Below, one piece after another: positions 11,376-20,712 of a stretch of 64,000 bases of DNA (position 1 is the first letter of the stretch; every line of letters begins with the position of its first letter). The notes beneath the pieces were generated by a model. It did not search any database. It was not told where the DNA came from and worked only from the letters and a program-made list of their open reading frames with translations. The DNA comes from Candidatus Latescibacterota bacterium. GTDB taxonomy: Bacteria; Latescibacterota; UBA2968. The position numbers were made by a program, and so were the translations under genes. The stretch lies in the NCBI GenBank assembly GCA_965198115.1, contig OZ240241.1:128001-192000 (forward strand), in the 5' to 3' direction.

Positions 11376-12050
11376 TTGAGAATCGTGGTCACATCAGCGG
11401 CCTCCGAGGCCGGTCGTCTGTTGGTGGAGGGTCTTCGTGGCGATCACGATGTGGTGGCCACCGACCTGCCCGAAGTTGCGGAGACGACTGACGGAGTGTC
11501 TTGTGCACTCGAAGCGGACGATGCGACTGCGGAGCTGGTCGCCGGTGTGGACGCGATCGTTCACGTTGCCCGGTTGTCACGGGCGTCGGCCGATGCGTTC
11601 GGCCGCGCCGACAATGCGGCTGTCGACTTTCACTCGCGGTGCACCTACAACCTGTTGACGGCGGCCGCGGAGGCGGGTGTGGCGCACGTCGTCTATTTGA
11701 GTTCGCTATCGCTCTTTGCTTCGTGCGATGCGTCGTGGGATGTGACGGAACGCTGGCAGCCGCGTCCGACGACCGACTACGAAACCTTGCGTCACGCGAT
11801 CGGCGAGTTCACCTGCCGCGAATTCGCGCGCGAGCACCGTATCAAGGTGACGTGTCTGCGAACGGGAACGCTCGGGGGCAGTGGCGTGGATCGTCTTGAC
11901 GTCGACGATCTCGTGATCGCTGTCGGGCGGGCGCTGGATCATCCCCCCTCCGAATGGGAGGTTTACCACGTCCAGTCCAACGTCGAGGGACGCCGGTTCG
12001 ACACGACGAAGGCGACGGGAGTCGGATTCGTGAAGGGTGGGTCGTCGTGA
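11376..12050 (+). CDS. NAD-dependent epimerase/dehydratase family protein (degenerate motifs)
   Basis: IVVTSAASEAG Rossmann-like start, GVDAIVHVA, TYNLLTAAAEAGV, YLSS. Confidence 0.75.
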   Translation: MRIVVTSAASEAGRLLVEGLRGDHDVVATDLPEVAETTDGVSCALEADDATAELVAGVDAIVHVARLSRASADAFGRADNAAVDFHSRCTYNLLTAAAEAGVAHVVYLSSLSLFASCDASWDVTERWQPRPTTDYETLRHAIGEFTCREFAREHRIKVTCLRTGTLGGSGVDRLDVDDLVIAVGRALDHPPSEWEVYHVQSNVEGRRFDTTKATGVGFVKGGSS

Positions 12051-12763
12051 AGATTCTGATTCTGGGTGCCAATTCCCGTTTGGGACCCCACGTCGTCCGT
12101 TCCACCGAAGACGGACACACACTACGTCTGGCGGATGTAACCGATGTTGCCAGCGACCGGCACGAGACCTGCAGGGTCGATGTAGGCTCGCTCGACGACG
12201 TGGTGACGACCGCAGAGGGAATGGACGCCATTATGAACTGTACCGTCGAGCGTCGGGATCCCCGTCAGGCTTTCGACGTGAACACGCGTGGCTGCTACAA
12301 TATGATGCGGGCGGCGGTCGACTGCGGCATCCGGAGGGTGATCAACACGGGCCCGCACTTCGCCATCGCCGGCCCAACCTACGAGACGTTCGACTACGGA
12401 ATGGCTCCCGATATGCCACCCCATCCGGGAGTCGGTCTGTATGCCCATTCCAAAGGAGCCGGACAGGAGATCTGTCGCATTTTCTCGACGCAGCACGACA
12501 TCCACGTCCTGATGCTGCTGTTCTACAACTTCCGTGACCACGATGACACCGAACGCGGAAACAACCACCCCTTCGCCGTTTCGTGGAGAGACGCGGGAGA
12601 TGCCGTCCGGCTGGCGCTCGAGGTGGACGAGAGCCGTCTGGACTCACGTTGTGAGATTTTCAACATTCACGCCGTCCCTCACGGTGCGTTTTCGAACGAC
12701 AAGACGCTTCGGGTGTTGGGATTCAGTCCGGAGGACGATCTGCGGCGAGCGTGGGGCAGGTGA
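12047..12763 (+). CDS. NAD-dependent epimerase/dehydratase (uronate-dehydrogenase-like)
   Basis: ILILGANSRLG, VNTRGCYN, YAHSK. GTG start overlaps the upstream stop. Confidence 0.82.
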   Translation: MKILILGANSRLGPHVVRSTEDGHTLRLADVTDVASDRHETCRVDVGSLDDVVTTAEGMDAIMNCTVERRDPRQAFDVNTRGCYNMMRAAVDCGIRRVINTGPHFAIAGPTYETFDYGMAPDMPPHPGVGLYAHSKGAGQEICRIFSTQHDIHVLMLLFYNFRDHDDTERGNNHPFAVSWRDAGDAVRLALEVDESRLDSRCEIFNIHAVPHGAFSNDKTLRVLGFSPEDDLRRAWGR

Positions 12764-12938
12764 TCCATCGCAAACGCAGTTGCGCGCAGGATCGCGCAAA
12801 GAGAGGTAGATTGTCCGGCTTGGCGCTTCAATTGTGACCGCGGTCCCTTTTCGTACGTAGCCGTGATAGCACAAGTGTGAAACCCCACGTCACTCATCAG
12901 AATCCTGAGACGCGTCGGGGTTTGCCTAACGGGCTTTT

Positions 12939-12995
12939 AATCAATATATTAGCGCCTTGTGCGTTGACCAGTCCGGGCGTGGCACGGAATTTGGA
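12939..12995 (+). promoter_or_regulatory. IHF site plus sigma54-like -24/-12 element upstream of the tes-like gene
   Basis: AATCAATATATTA (12939-12951) matches WATCAANNNNTTR exactly. TGGCACGGAATTTGGA (12980-12995) matches TGGCACGN4TTGC except for G at the -12 C. Confidence 0.55.
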
Positions 12996-13130
12996 TCAGG
13001 TTGATGGCGGGGAGTCGGAAGCGGTTGTGCGTGAACCGAATTTCACTATGTTTATTGCAATTGTCACCGAAGGATTCGTAACTCGTTTTCGTAGTTACCT
13101 TCGGAGTTCCCGTACGGTGGGAGGAGAAGT

Positions 13131-15101
13131 ATGAGCGTCAAAGATCAGCTTGTGACTCGAGCTGCGGATGTCGCCTGGAGCGTGTTCCAGGCCGTCAACA
13201 CCCGTATTCCCGAAGGGGTGCCGTTCCAGCCAGTCTGGGCGCCCGCGCCGTTGCTTAAGAGCTACGAGCGCAGCAAGCCGACCTTGGGGTATCCACGAGA
13301 GACTGACAGTCTGTGTCCGGAATGTGTGAAGGAAGTGCGGACAGCCATCATCGAAGGCCGTCGTGATCTTTCGGAGCTCGTGGATGGGGGGCCGGGTGAG
13401 ATCCGAGCGACTCTGTTCGAAGAAGACGGAATGGTCAAGATCAGGAAGACGTGCGATATCCACGGCGACTTCGAAGATACCTTGTCGATCGACACGGAGT
13501 GGTCGAGGATCATCGAAAGTCGCTTTCCGGGTCGTGATTTCCAGACCTTCGGGGATGAGCACGTCCACCGACACGGAACATCGACGATCAAGTACGGTCG
13601 GGGTGCCGTGTTGACGATCGATCTGACGAATCGTTGCAATATGATGTGCAACCCGTGCTTTATGGACGCGAATCAGGTCGGCTACGTCCACGAACTGACG
13701 ATGGACGACGTGCGGCGCATTCTGGACGCGTCGATTTCCTTCAAGCCGCGCCGACAGATGTCAGTCCAGTTTTCGGGAGGTGAGCCAACGGTTTCGCCGC
13801 ACTTCCTGGAGTCGGTCCGCTACGCGAAGGAGGTCGGTTACTGGTGCGTCCAGGCGGCCACGAACGGGCTGCGCTTCGCCGAGGATCTCGACTTTGCGTA
13901 CGAGGCGAAAGAAGCGGGCCTTACGATGGCCTACCTGCAGTTCGACGGGGTGACGAACGAAGCCAATTCTCATCGTCACATTTCCAACCTGTTCGACGCC
14001 AAGTTGCTCGCGATCGAGAACCTGTCGAAGGCAGGGATCGACATCACGCCGGTCGTAACGGTCCTAAACGGTATCAACAACAAGCAGGTCGGGCCGATCC
14101 TCCAGTTCTGTATCGACAATTCCGACAAGATCGGATCGATCTCTTACCAGCCCGTGTCGTTCACGGGTCGCGACGAAGACATTTCGGACGAGTTGCGTCA
14201 CGCCCAGCGCTACACGATCTCGCACCTCGCCCACGACCTGACCAACTGGTCGGGCGGAAAGCTCGACGTTCATCGGGACTGGTTCCCATTGGGTGCCGGC
14301 ACGATTTTCACGAACCTTGCCGACCATCTCCGGGGCCCCGATCAGGAATTCGGCGGACAGACCTGCTCCTGTCATCCCAATTGCGGGTCGGCGGTGCACA
14401 TCGTGGTGAACGAAGAGACGAAGGAGTGGGCGTCGATTACCGAGTTCTTCGATCTGGACCAGTTTATGAGGGACGTCGAAGTGATGACGGATACGGCGCG
14501 CGACACGAAGTGGATACGAGCACAGGCGGGAATGTCGCTGCTCAGGAACTTCAAGCCGGAAAAGGCGCCCACAGGCTTCGAGCTCGAGGATCTGTTGAGG
14601 ATCGTGGATCGCCGCGTCGGTGGATCGCTGTCCGGTGGAAATCGTCCGAAGGATCGGTCGTGGCGCATTATGTGGGTCGGCGGAATGTGGTTTCAGGATC
14701 TGTGGACCTACGATTTCCGCCGCACGGAAATGTGCGTGATCCCCTACGCCACTCAGGAAGGGGAGATCTCTTTCTGCGCCTACAACACGGGTCTCGGGTG
14801 GCGTCAGATCATCGAGAATATGCATATGACGGCAACGACATCTGACTGGTTCAAGACGGAAGGTCGCCACGAAATCTACGCTGGCGATCGCGCGATGCCG
14901 CTCCCGGAGGACGCGGAACATCACGTGCTGACGCGCAACTACGAAAAAGTGGACGGCGATCTCGTGGAGTTGCCCGTGCTCGACGACGGGTGCGATGACG
15001 GTTCGTGCGGATGCAGCACTGACCCGAAGGAAGAGATCAAAGACATTCTCCGGGCGCCCGACGAGGCACGTGTCGAGGAGGACGTCCCGGCCGACGACTG
15101 A
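13131..15101 (+). CDS. tes: Radical SAM protein, tetraether lipid synthase (Tes/GDGT-MAS) family
   Basis: N-terminal SLCPEC...KTCDIHG, rSAM IDLTNRCNMMCNPCF, QFSGGEPT, YLQFDG, QPVSFTGR, CHPNCG, MWFQD.WTYD..R, IPYAT, SFCAYN. The motif order follows archaeal Tes as recalled. GGAGGAG RBS. Confidence 0.82.
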   Translation: MSVKDQLVTRAADVAWSVFQAVNTRIPEGVPFQPVWAPAPLLKSYERSKPTLGYPRETDSLCPECVKEVRTAIIEGRRDLSELVDGGPGEIRATLFEEDGMVKIRKTCDIHGDFEDTLSIDTEWSRIIESRFPGRDFQTFGDEHVHRHGTSTIKYGRGAVLTIDLTNRCNMMCNPCFMDANQVGYVHELTMDDVRRILDASISFKPRRQMSVQFSGGEPTVSPHFLESVRYAKEVGYWCVQAATNGLRFAEDLDFAYEAKEAGLTMAYLQFDGVTNEANSHRHISNLFDAKLLAIENLSKAGIDITPVVTVLNGINNKQVGPILQFCIDNSDKIGSISYQPVSFTGRDEDISDELRHAQRYTISHLAHDLTNWSGGKLDVHRDWFPLGAGTIFTNLADHLRGPDQEFGGQTCSCHPNCGSAVHIVVNEETKEWASITEFFDLDQFMRDVEVMTDTARDTKWIRAQAGMSLLRNFKPEKAPTGFELEDLLRIVDRRVGGSLSGGNRPKDRSWRIMWVGGMWFQDLWTYDFRRTEMCVIPYATQEGEISFCAYNTGLGWRQIIENMHMTATTSDWFKTEGRHEIYAGDRAMPLPEDAEHHVLTRNYEKVDGDLVELPVLDDGCDDGSCGCSTDPKEEIKDILRAPDEARVEEDVPADD

Positions 15102-15222
15102 GTCGAGACCGGGGAACCGTCGGTCATTCCGGGTTCCCGATCCATTTGCGGATCGGGAACCTGACTGTTTCTACGCGGTTCGGTTCGAACCGAGGACGTC
15201 TTTTGACGAAAGCACGATTCCT

Positions 15223-16704
15223 ATGAAAATCCTGCTGATCAGTCCGCCGCTCAACAGTCTCTACCACGCTGCCAGCATCATCATCCCACCACTCGGGCTG
15301 CTGTATGTCGCCGGTAAGCTCGAATCCGACGGCCACGACGTCGAAGTCCGGGATATGACTTACTACGACGGGCCGGAGACCTACGATGGCTACGATTTAG
15401 TCGGGGTGACGTGTACGACGCCGCAGTATCCGGAGGCACTTCAGTACGTCAAAGATGCGCACGCCTCCGGATGTAAAACGTTGATCGGCGGGACCCACGT
15501 GACGTTCACGACGGAGACGACACTCCGACTTTCCTATGTCGACTTCGTCATCCGAGGCGAAGGCGAGCAGGCCACGAGCGTTTTATGCAAAGCACTGGAC
15601 GAAGAGGGCTCGCGCTTCGATCCCCGCAAGATTCCGAGTCTGTCGTGGTATGACGCCGATGCTGGTATTGTCGTCGACAATCCTCAGCTTCCGGACATCG
15701 CGACTGTGGACGATCTACCCAGACCAGCACGCCATCTCGTGGATATGGAGGCTTACAAGGTCACTAAACTCGGGCCTCGGGCGGTCACGACGATGATCAC
15801 GAGCCGGGGCTGCCCCTACAACTGCACATTCTGTTCGGTACCCACCCTCTATCAGAAACGCAAGTGGCGCTCGCGCGAAGCGGTTGCCGCCGTGGATGAG
15901 ATGGAGTATCTCGAGCAGACCTACGGCTACGGCGGTGTGCTGCTCGTCGACGACCTGTTGACAACAGATCATGAGCGCGTTCATGAGCTGTGCGCGGAGA
16001 TCATCGAGCGCCGGCTAGACATCAGCTGGTGGTGCCAGTCCAGGGCCGACATCCTGGTGAGGCATCCGGCCCTCGTTGAGCATATGGCCGAGGCTGGATG
16101 TTACCTGACATTCCTGGGCCTGGAGTCGGGGAACGAGCACGTGTTGGCCCATTGGAACAAGAAGATGAAGCTCGACACGGGTGGTCAGGCCGTCGAACTG
16201 CTTCGTCAAAACGGCATCAAAGCGTTGACGGCGTTTATCATCGGGATGGAAGAGGAAACTGAAGAGGATATCGACAACACGATCGAGTACGCCAAGACGC
16301 TGGACGCCCATCAGGCGCAGTTCTCGATCCTGACGCCGTATCCGGGGACAGAGGACTGGGGACGAAACATTCCCAGGATTTTCGACAACAACTGGGCGAA
16401 CTACACGGGGAGCAAGGTCGTGTTCCACCGCGATCACCTGCCGGGCAACGTGATCGAGCAGAAGATCAAGAAAGCCTACTGGAATTTCTACAACCCGATG
16501 CGCCGTTGGGATCTGATTCTGAAGAACGTAGCGGGCGTGAATCCACGAAAACTGTGGCGTATTCTGAACACGCTGAAGAAACAGCGGGATATCGTCATTC
16601 CCGAGATGGATCCGGTGGACAATTACATTTCGCTGACGACGTCGGACTGGGGGACGTGGAAGACGAGCGGCGAACCTGTGGCGGAGGTGGCGGAGGCAGT
16701 GTAG
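15223..16704 (+). CDS. Cobalamin-binding (class B) radical SAM protein
   Basis: KILLISPP...PPLGLLYVA, GGTHVTF, IRGEGE, SRGCPYNCTFC, LGLESG, LTPYPGT. Start moved to ATG 15223. Confidence 0.9.
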   Translation: MKILLISPPLNSLYHAASIIIPPLGLLYVAGKLESDGHDVEVRDMTYYDGPETYDGYDLVGVTCTTPQYPEALQYVKDAHASGCKTLIGGTHVTFTTETTLRLSYVDFVIRGEGEQATSVLCKALDEEGSRFDPRKIPSLSWYDADAGIVVDNPQLPDIATVDDLPRPARHLVDMEAYKVTKLGPRAVTTMITSRGCPYNCTFCSVPTLYQKRKWRSREAVAAVDEMEYLEQTYGYGGVLLVDDLLTTDHERVHELCAEIIERRLDISWWCQSRADILVRHPALVEHMAEAGCYLTFLGLESGNEHVLAHWNKKMKLDTGGQAVELLRQNGIKALTAFIIGMEEETEEDIDNTIEYAKTLDAHQAQFSILTPYPGTEDWGRNIPRIFDNNWANYTGSKVVFHRDHLPGNVIEQKIKKAYWNFYNPMRRWDLILKNVAGVNPRKLWRILNTLKKQRDIVIPEMDPVDNYISLTTSDWGTWKTSGEPVAEVAEAV

Positions 16705-16738
16705 AAGAGAGTGTTGGGTGTTCTGCGTAAGTCTGATC

Positions 16739-16783
16739 CAAAGACCCCTGCTGCGAGGCACTGCAGCGGGGGCTTTCTTGTTT
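16739..16783. terminator. Intrinsic terminator between convergent genes
   Basis: CCCCTGCTGC-GAGGCACT-GCAGCGGGG stem followed by CTTTCTTGTTT. Confidence 0.7.
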
Positions 16784-16792
16784 GCGGATTTC

Positions 16793-17674
16793 TCAAAGGG
16801 AGACAGCGTCCAGGATTTCGCCCATATGACGGGATCGGTTGAGGACGTAGAAGTGGATGCCCGGCACGCTAGCGGCGATGAGCTCCGCGGTCTGGGCGAT
16901 GCACTTTTCAATGCCGATCTCTTCGGCCCTTGCGTCGTCGTCGCCGGCTCGATCGAGCTGGATCTGGAGGTCACTCGGAATGCTGGCGCCACACATTGTC
17001 GTGATGCGCTGAATCTGACCGGCCGACTGAATCGGCATCAGCCCGGGGATGATCGGGATGGTGATTCCAGCCGTGTATGCCGCGTCTCTGAACCTGAAAT
17101 AGCTGGCGTTGTCGTAAAAAAGTTGCGTGATGACGATGTCGGCGCCCGCATCGACCTTGCGCTTGAGATTGACGAGGTCGGACGTCAGGTTCTCCGCTTC
17201 CAGGTGCTTTTCGGGATAGCCACCGACGGCGATCCCGAAGGGCGCATCGGATGCCTCGATCGTCCGGATGTGGGAAACGAGCTGATTGGCGTGTTCGAAT
17301 CCGCCGGGTGGCGGTTCAAAGCGGTCGTTGCCGCCGGGAGGGTCACCACGCAAAGCGACGATGTTCGTGATACCCGCCTCTCGGATGCGGGCGACGATCT
17401 GTTCGATTTCGCCGCGTGAGGCGCCGACGCAAGTCAGGTGATGAGCCGAGTCTACGCCGAATCTCTCCCGGATCATCGCAGCGATGTCGAGCGTTTTATC
17501 CTGCGTCGTACCCATCGCGCCGTAAGTGACCGTGATGCACCGTGGGTTGTGTTCGACGAGTTCGGGCAAGATGCGTCGTTCGAGGGATCTCATCCCACGC
17601 GGTGTTTTGGGTGGAAAGACCTCGAACGTGACAACGGGCCCGTTGCCTTCTTTGAAGTAGTCTGGAAATCGCAT
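16793..17674 (-). CDS. metF: 5,10-methylenetetrahydrofolate reductase
   Basis: FEVFPPKT, VTYGAMG, HLTCVG, ALRGDPP, GYPEKH, ITQLFYD, HFYVLN. Confidence 0.95.
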   Translation of the reverse strand: MRFPDYFKEGNGPVVTFEVFPPKTPRGMRSLERRILPELVEHNPRCITVTYGAMGTTQDKTLDIAAMIRERFGVDSAHHLTCVGASRGEIEQIVARIREAGITNIVALRGDPPGGNDRFEPPPGGFEHANQLVSHIRTIEASDAPFGIAVGGYPEKHLEAENLTSDLVNLKRKVDAGADIVITQLFYDNASYFRFRDAAYTAGITIPIIPGLMPIQSAGQIQRITTMCGASIPSDLQIQLDRAGDDDARAEEIGIEKCIAQTAELIAASVPGIHFYVLNRSRHMGEILDAVSL

Positions 17675-17791
17675 AGTCGATTGCTATATGGCTGAAAGGG
17701 GACCACCAAGGGAAGGAACTAAACCATATGAACCTCGGCCCTCCCTATCAAGACTGAATCCGTCGGTCGTGCCAAGTGAATCGCGCAAAGT

Positions 17792-17824
17792 AAGAGCCCC
17801 GCTGAGCGAATCAGCAGGGCTCTT
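17792..17824 (-). terminator. Hairpin terminator after ino1
   Basis: AAGAGCCCCGCTGA-GCGAA-TCAGCAGGGCTCTT inverted repeat about 20 nt past the stop. Confidence 0.6.
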
Positions 17825-17845
17825 CTCGTATCGATGATCGTGCCG

Positions 17846-18931
17846 CTACTCTTTGTGTCCGTATTGCTTGATAAAGTCCTCGACCATTTCGTTCGCCTGA
17901 TCGTCGCTGAACTGGTGCGGGGGCGACTTCATAAAATAAGCGGATGGTCCCGGTAGAGGGCCTTTGATTCCGTGATCAAGGGCGATCTTGCAGCACCGAA
18001 GGGCGTCGATGACGACGCCGGCAGAGTTCGGGCTGTCCCAAACTTCGAGTTTGAGTTCGGCCTTGAGCGGAACACCGCCGAAGGTCTCACCCTCCATATG
18101 GATGTAACACCACTTCTGGTCCTCGAGGAAGGGAACGTGGTCGCTCGGACCGACGTGGACGTTGCCCTCGCCCAAATCGTAGTCGAGCTGTGAGGTGACC
18201 GATTGTGTCTTGCTGATCTTCTTGGATTCGAGTCGGCTGCGCTCGAGCATATTGTAAAAATCGGTGTTGCCCCCGAAGTTCAACTGATAGGTCTTTTTGA
18301 GTTTTACACCGCGATCTCGGAAGAGACGAGTCAGAACTCGGTGGCTGATGGTGGCTCCGACTTGCGACTTGATGTCGTCGCCGACGATTGGTAGACCTCG
18401 TTTCTCGAAGCGATCGGGCCAGTGCCCGGTGCTGGCGATGAAGACAGGCACACAGTTCACGAATCCACAGCCGGCCTGGAGCACTTGTTCGACATACCAC
18501 TTGGTGGCTTCCTCGCTCCCGACGGGGAGGTAGTTGACGACGACGTCTGTTCGCGTGGTTTTGAGTACCTCTGCGATGTCGACGGTGTCGCCATCGGCCT
18601 TGGTAATGACCTCTGTGAGGTACTTGCCGAGACCATCGTGCGTCATACCGCGCTGGACCGGAACGTCGAGGAAGGGGACGTCGGCGAACTTGAACGTGTT
18701 GTTCGGGCCCGAGAAAATCGCTTCGCTCAGGTCTTTTCCGACTTTTTCCGCGTCGATGTCGAACGCGGCGCTGAATTCGATGTCGCTGATGTGATAGCCG
18801 CCGAGCGTGGAGTGCATCAGGCCAGGGACGAATTCGTCGTTCGAGGCGTGCCGATAATACTGAACACCTTGAACGAGAGAGGACGCGCAGTTGCCGACCC
18901 CGACGATGGCGACACGTACTTTACGTGACAA
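17846..18931 (-). CDS. ino1: myo-inositol-1-phosphate synthase
   Basis: [60 protein letters not shown]. Confidence 0.95.
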   Translation of the reverse strand: MSRKVRVAIVGVGNCASSLVQGVQYYRHASNDEFVPGLMHSTLGGYHISDIEFSAAFDIDAEKVGKDLSEAIFSGPNNTFKFADVPFLDVPVQRGMTHDGLGKYLTEVITKADGDTVDIAEVLKTTRTDVVVNYLPVGSEEATKWYVEQVLQAGCGFVNCVPVFIASTGHWPDRFEKRGLPIVGDDIKSQVGATISHRVLTRLFRDRGVKLKKTYQLNFGGNTDFYNMLERSRLESKKISKTQSVTSQLDYDLGEGNVHVGPSDHVPFLEDQKWCYIHMEGETFGGVPLKAELKLEVWDSPNSAGVVIDALRCCKIALDHGIKGPLPGPSAYFMKSPPHQFSDDQANEMVEDFIKQYGHKE

Positions 18932-19027
18932 GGTCTGAACCTCCGATGGGTGATGGATTCGATCGATGCGTGGTCAAAAACTACGGTTTTCCATATATTC
19001 GACTAATCGATTGTACAGATATAAAGC

Positions 19028-19042
19028 ATAGATAATATCTAT
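19028..19042. promoter_or_regulatory. LysR-type T-N11-A palindromic box
   Basis: ATAG-ATAATAT-CTAT directly before the LysR ATG, in the AT-rich divergent region shared with ino1. Confidence 0.55.
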
Positions 19043-19975
19043 ATGAATTTGCATCAGCTCAGGACGTTTCTGGCCGTGGCCCATACCGGGAGCTTTACTG
19101 CGGCTGCGCGGGAGGTCCATCTCACGCAACCGACCGTGAGTGCGGGGGTAGCCGAACTCGAGCGCTCGATGGGGGTCCGGCTGTTCAACCGCAGCGGCCG
19201 GCGGATCTCGCTCACGTTAGAGGGTCGTCAGCTGATGACGTATGCCGAGCGCATTCAAGATCTGGTGACCGAGGCCCGCGATCGAGTCGGACGGGGTGAT
19301 GTGGAGGGTGCGGAAGGATTTCGCTTCGGCGCGATCGATGCGGCGGTGATCTATCTCATTCCCGATCTGTTGAGCGATTATCATCGTCGCTTCCCACAGA
19401 TCGAGGTGACGGTGCAAGTCGATGCATCCCGATTCTTGGTCGAGGAGATTCTGGCCGATCGGTCGGAGTTCGGCCTGATCACGTTGCCGTTCGATCACGC
19501 GAAGATCGAGACGATCCCGATCTACCAGGATACGATGCCGCTCGTGGTCGGCGCAGGCCACCCCCTGGCGACTCGAAAGCGTGTTCGCCTGGAGGAGGTG
19601 TCTACAGAGACGCTGATTCTTTTCCACAGGGAGTCGGTGTCCCGCCGTCTCGTGGACGCACATTTCGGAGAGGCGGGCATCACGCCGGGTCGGGTGATGG
19701 AGATGAGCAGTCCCGAGGCTATGCGGAAGCTGGTTGAGGCTGGTGTGGGGGTTTCGTTCTTGCCGTTGCTGACGGTCCAGGAGTCGATCGAGGAGGGGAC
19801 GCTCAGGACGCTTGCTGTGACCGGGGTGTCACTGAGTCGTGAAATCGGGGTCGCCTGGCGCCAGGGGCGATACTTCGGTCCCGCCATCACGGCACTGCTG
19901 GATGGGTTGTTCGAGACTTACGGACGTCTTGCGGACTGGGAACCGATCAGATCCGCTCGGGTCTTCGAGCCGTGA
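19043..19975 (+). CDS. LysR-family transcriptional regulator
   Basis: MNLHQLRTFLAVAHTGSFTAAAREVHLTQPTVS HTH and a C-terminal substrate-binding domain. Confidence 0.95.
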   Translation: MNLHQLRTFLAVAHTGSFTAAAREVHLTQPTVSAGVAELERSMGVRLFNRSGRRISLTLEGRQLMTYAERIQDLVTEARDRVGRGDVEGAEGFRFGAIDAAVIYLIPDLLSDYHRRFPQIEVTVQVDASRFLVEEILADRSEFGLITLPFDHAKIETIPIYQDTMPLVVGAGHPLATRKRVRLEEVSTETLILFHRESVSRRLVDAHFGEAGITPGRVMEMSSPEAMRKLVEAGVGVSFLPLLTVQESIEEGTLRTLAVTGVSLSREIGVAWRQGRYFGPAITALLDGLFETYGRLADWEPIRSARVFEP

Positions 19976-20711
19976 GCAGCCAGTCCCAGGGATAAGGCGA
20001 GGCGAGGTCGGCAGGCGCGTTGTCGATCATCTCGGACCAGGGGTACTCCACACGTACGACACGGTCGACTTCGAGCCCGGCATCTTCGAGGAGGTGCCGG
20101 GCTTCGTCGTGCATATAGGTCTTGGTGGGAGCATTGCCGAGCGTGACGATGCCATCGACGACAGAAGTCACTTCGCTCTGGTAAAGGTCCGTGGTTTCAC
20201 GGAGCGCCGTCGACCTGCGAACGCCCAGCCGGACGTTGCATCGTACGAGTGTGCGGTAGGTGTGGAGGAGCGATTCGAAGGCGGGGACGATGACGAGCGC
20301 ACACCCTCCCGGACGGACGGCGGCGATGACGTTGCGGAGAATTCGGTCGCGCACGGGCGCACGCGGATCGATCAGGACGTTGACGCAGACGGCGACATCG
20401 ACGCGGTGGGGAAACGCCTTCCTGCCTGACAGGTTATAGCGTACGAAATCGATGCCAGGGAGGTCGTGATGACGGGATCTGGCGATGTTGAGGAGCGCCT
20501 GTGCAAAGTCGACGGCGTAGACAGAAGCAAAGCGACGTGACAACGCCGGAAGCAACGCACCGTTGCCACAACCGAAGTCACCGACGGTGCGGGCGTCGCG
20601 GCTGACGCGCCGGATGGCGGTGCGGAGGGCGCCGTTGACCTCGAGGTCGGCGATGCTGAGCACTTCCTCGTCGAACCGGTCAGCCAGGCCCTCCCAGTAA
20701 ACGCGGTTCAC
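19947..20711 (-). CDS. Class I SAM-dependent methyltransferase
   Basis: VGDFGCGNG motif I, YAVDF, VRPGG. Confidence 0.85.
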   Translation of the reverse strand: MNRVYWEGLADRFDEEVLSIADLEVNGALRTAIRRVSRDARTVGDFGCGNGALLPALSRRFASVYAVDFAQALLNIARSRHHDLPGIDFVRYNLSGRKAFPHRVDVAVCVNVLIDPRAPVRDRILRNVIAAVRPGGCALVIVPAFESLLHTYRTLVRCNVRLGVRRSTALRETTDLYQSEVTSVVDGIVTLGNAPTKTYMHDEARHLLEDAGLEVDRVVRVEYPWSEMIDNAPADLASPYPWDWLLTARRPERI

Positions 20712-20712
20712 G

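Noticed and set aside
8700-14955. 16-bp direct match TACGAAAAAGTGGACG at 8700 and 14940
   Set aside because: Only two copies, one inside a CDS, with no element boundaries. Treated as chance.
15105-15200. Strong hairpin GGTTCCCGATCC...GGATCGGGAACC between the two radical SAM genes as a cobalamin riboswitch or terminator
   Set aside because: The region is too short, has no B12 box and no U-tract. It is at most a stabilising or REP-like stem.
17675-17845. SAM riboswitch upstream of metF
   Set aside because: No recognisable SAM-riboswitch core. Only the ino1 terminator hairpin is evident.
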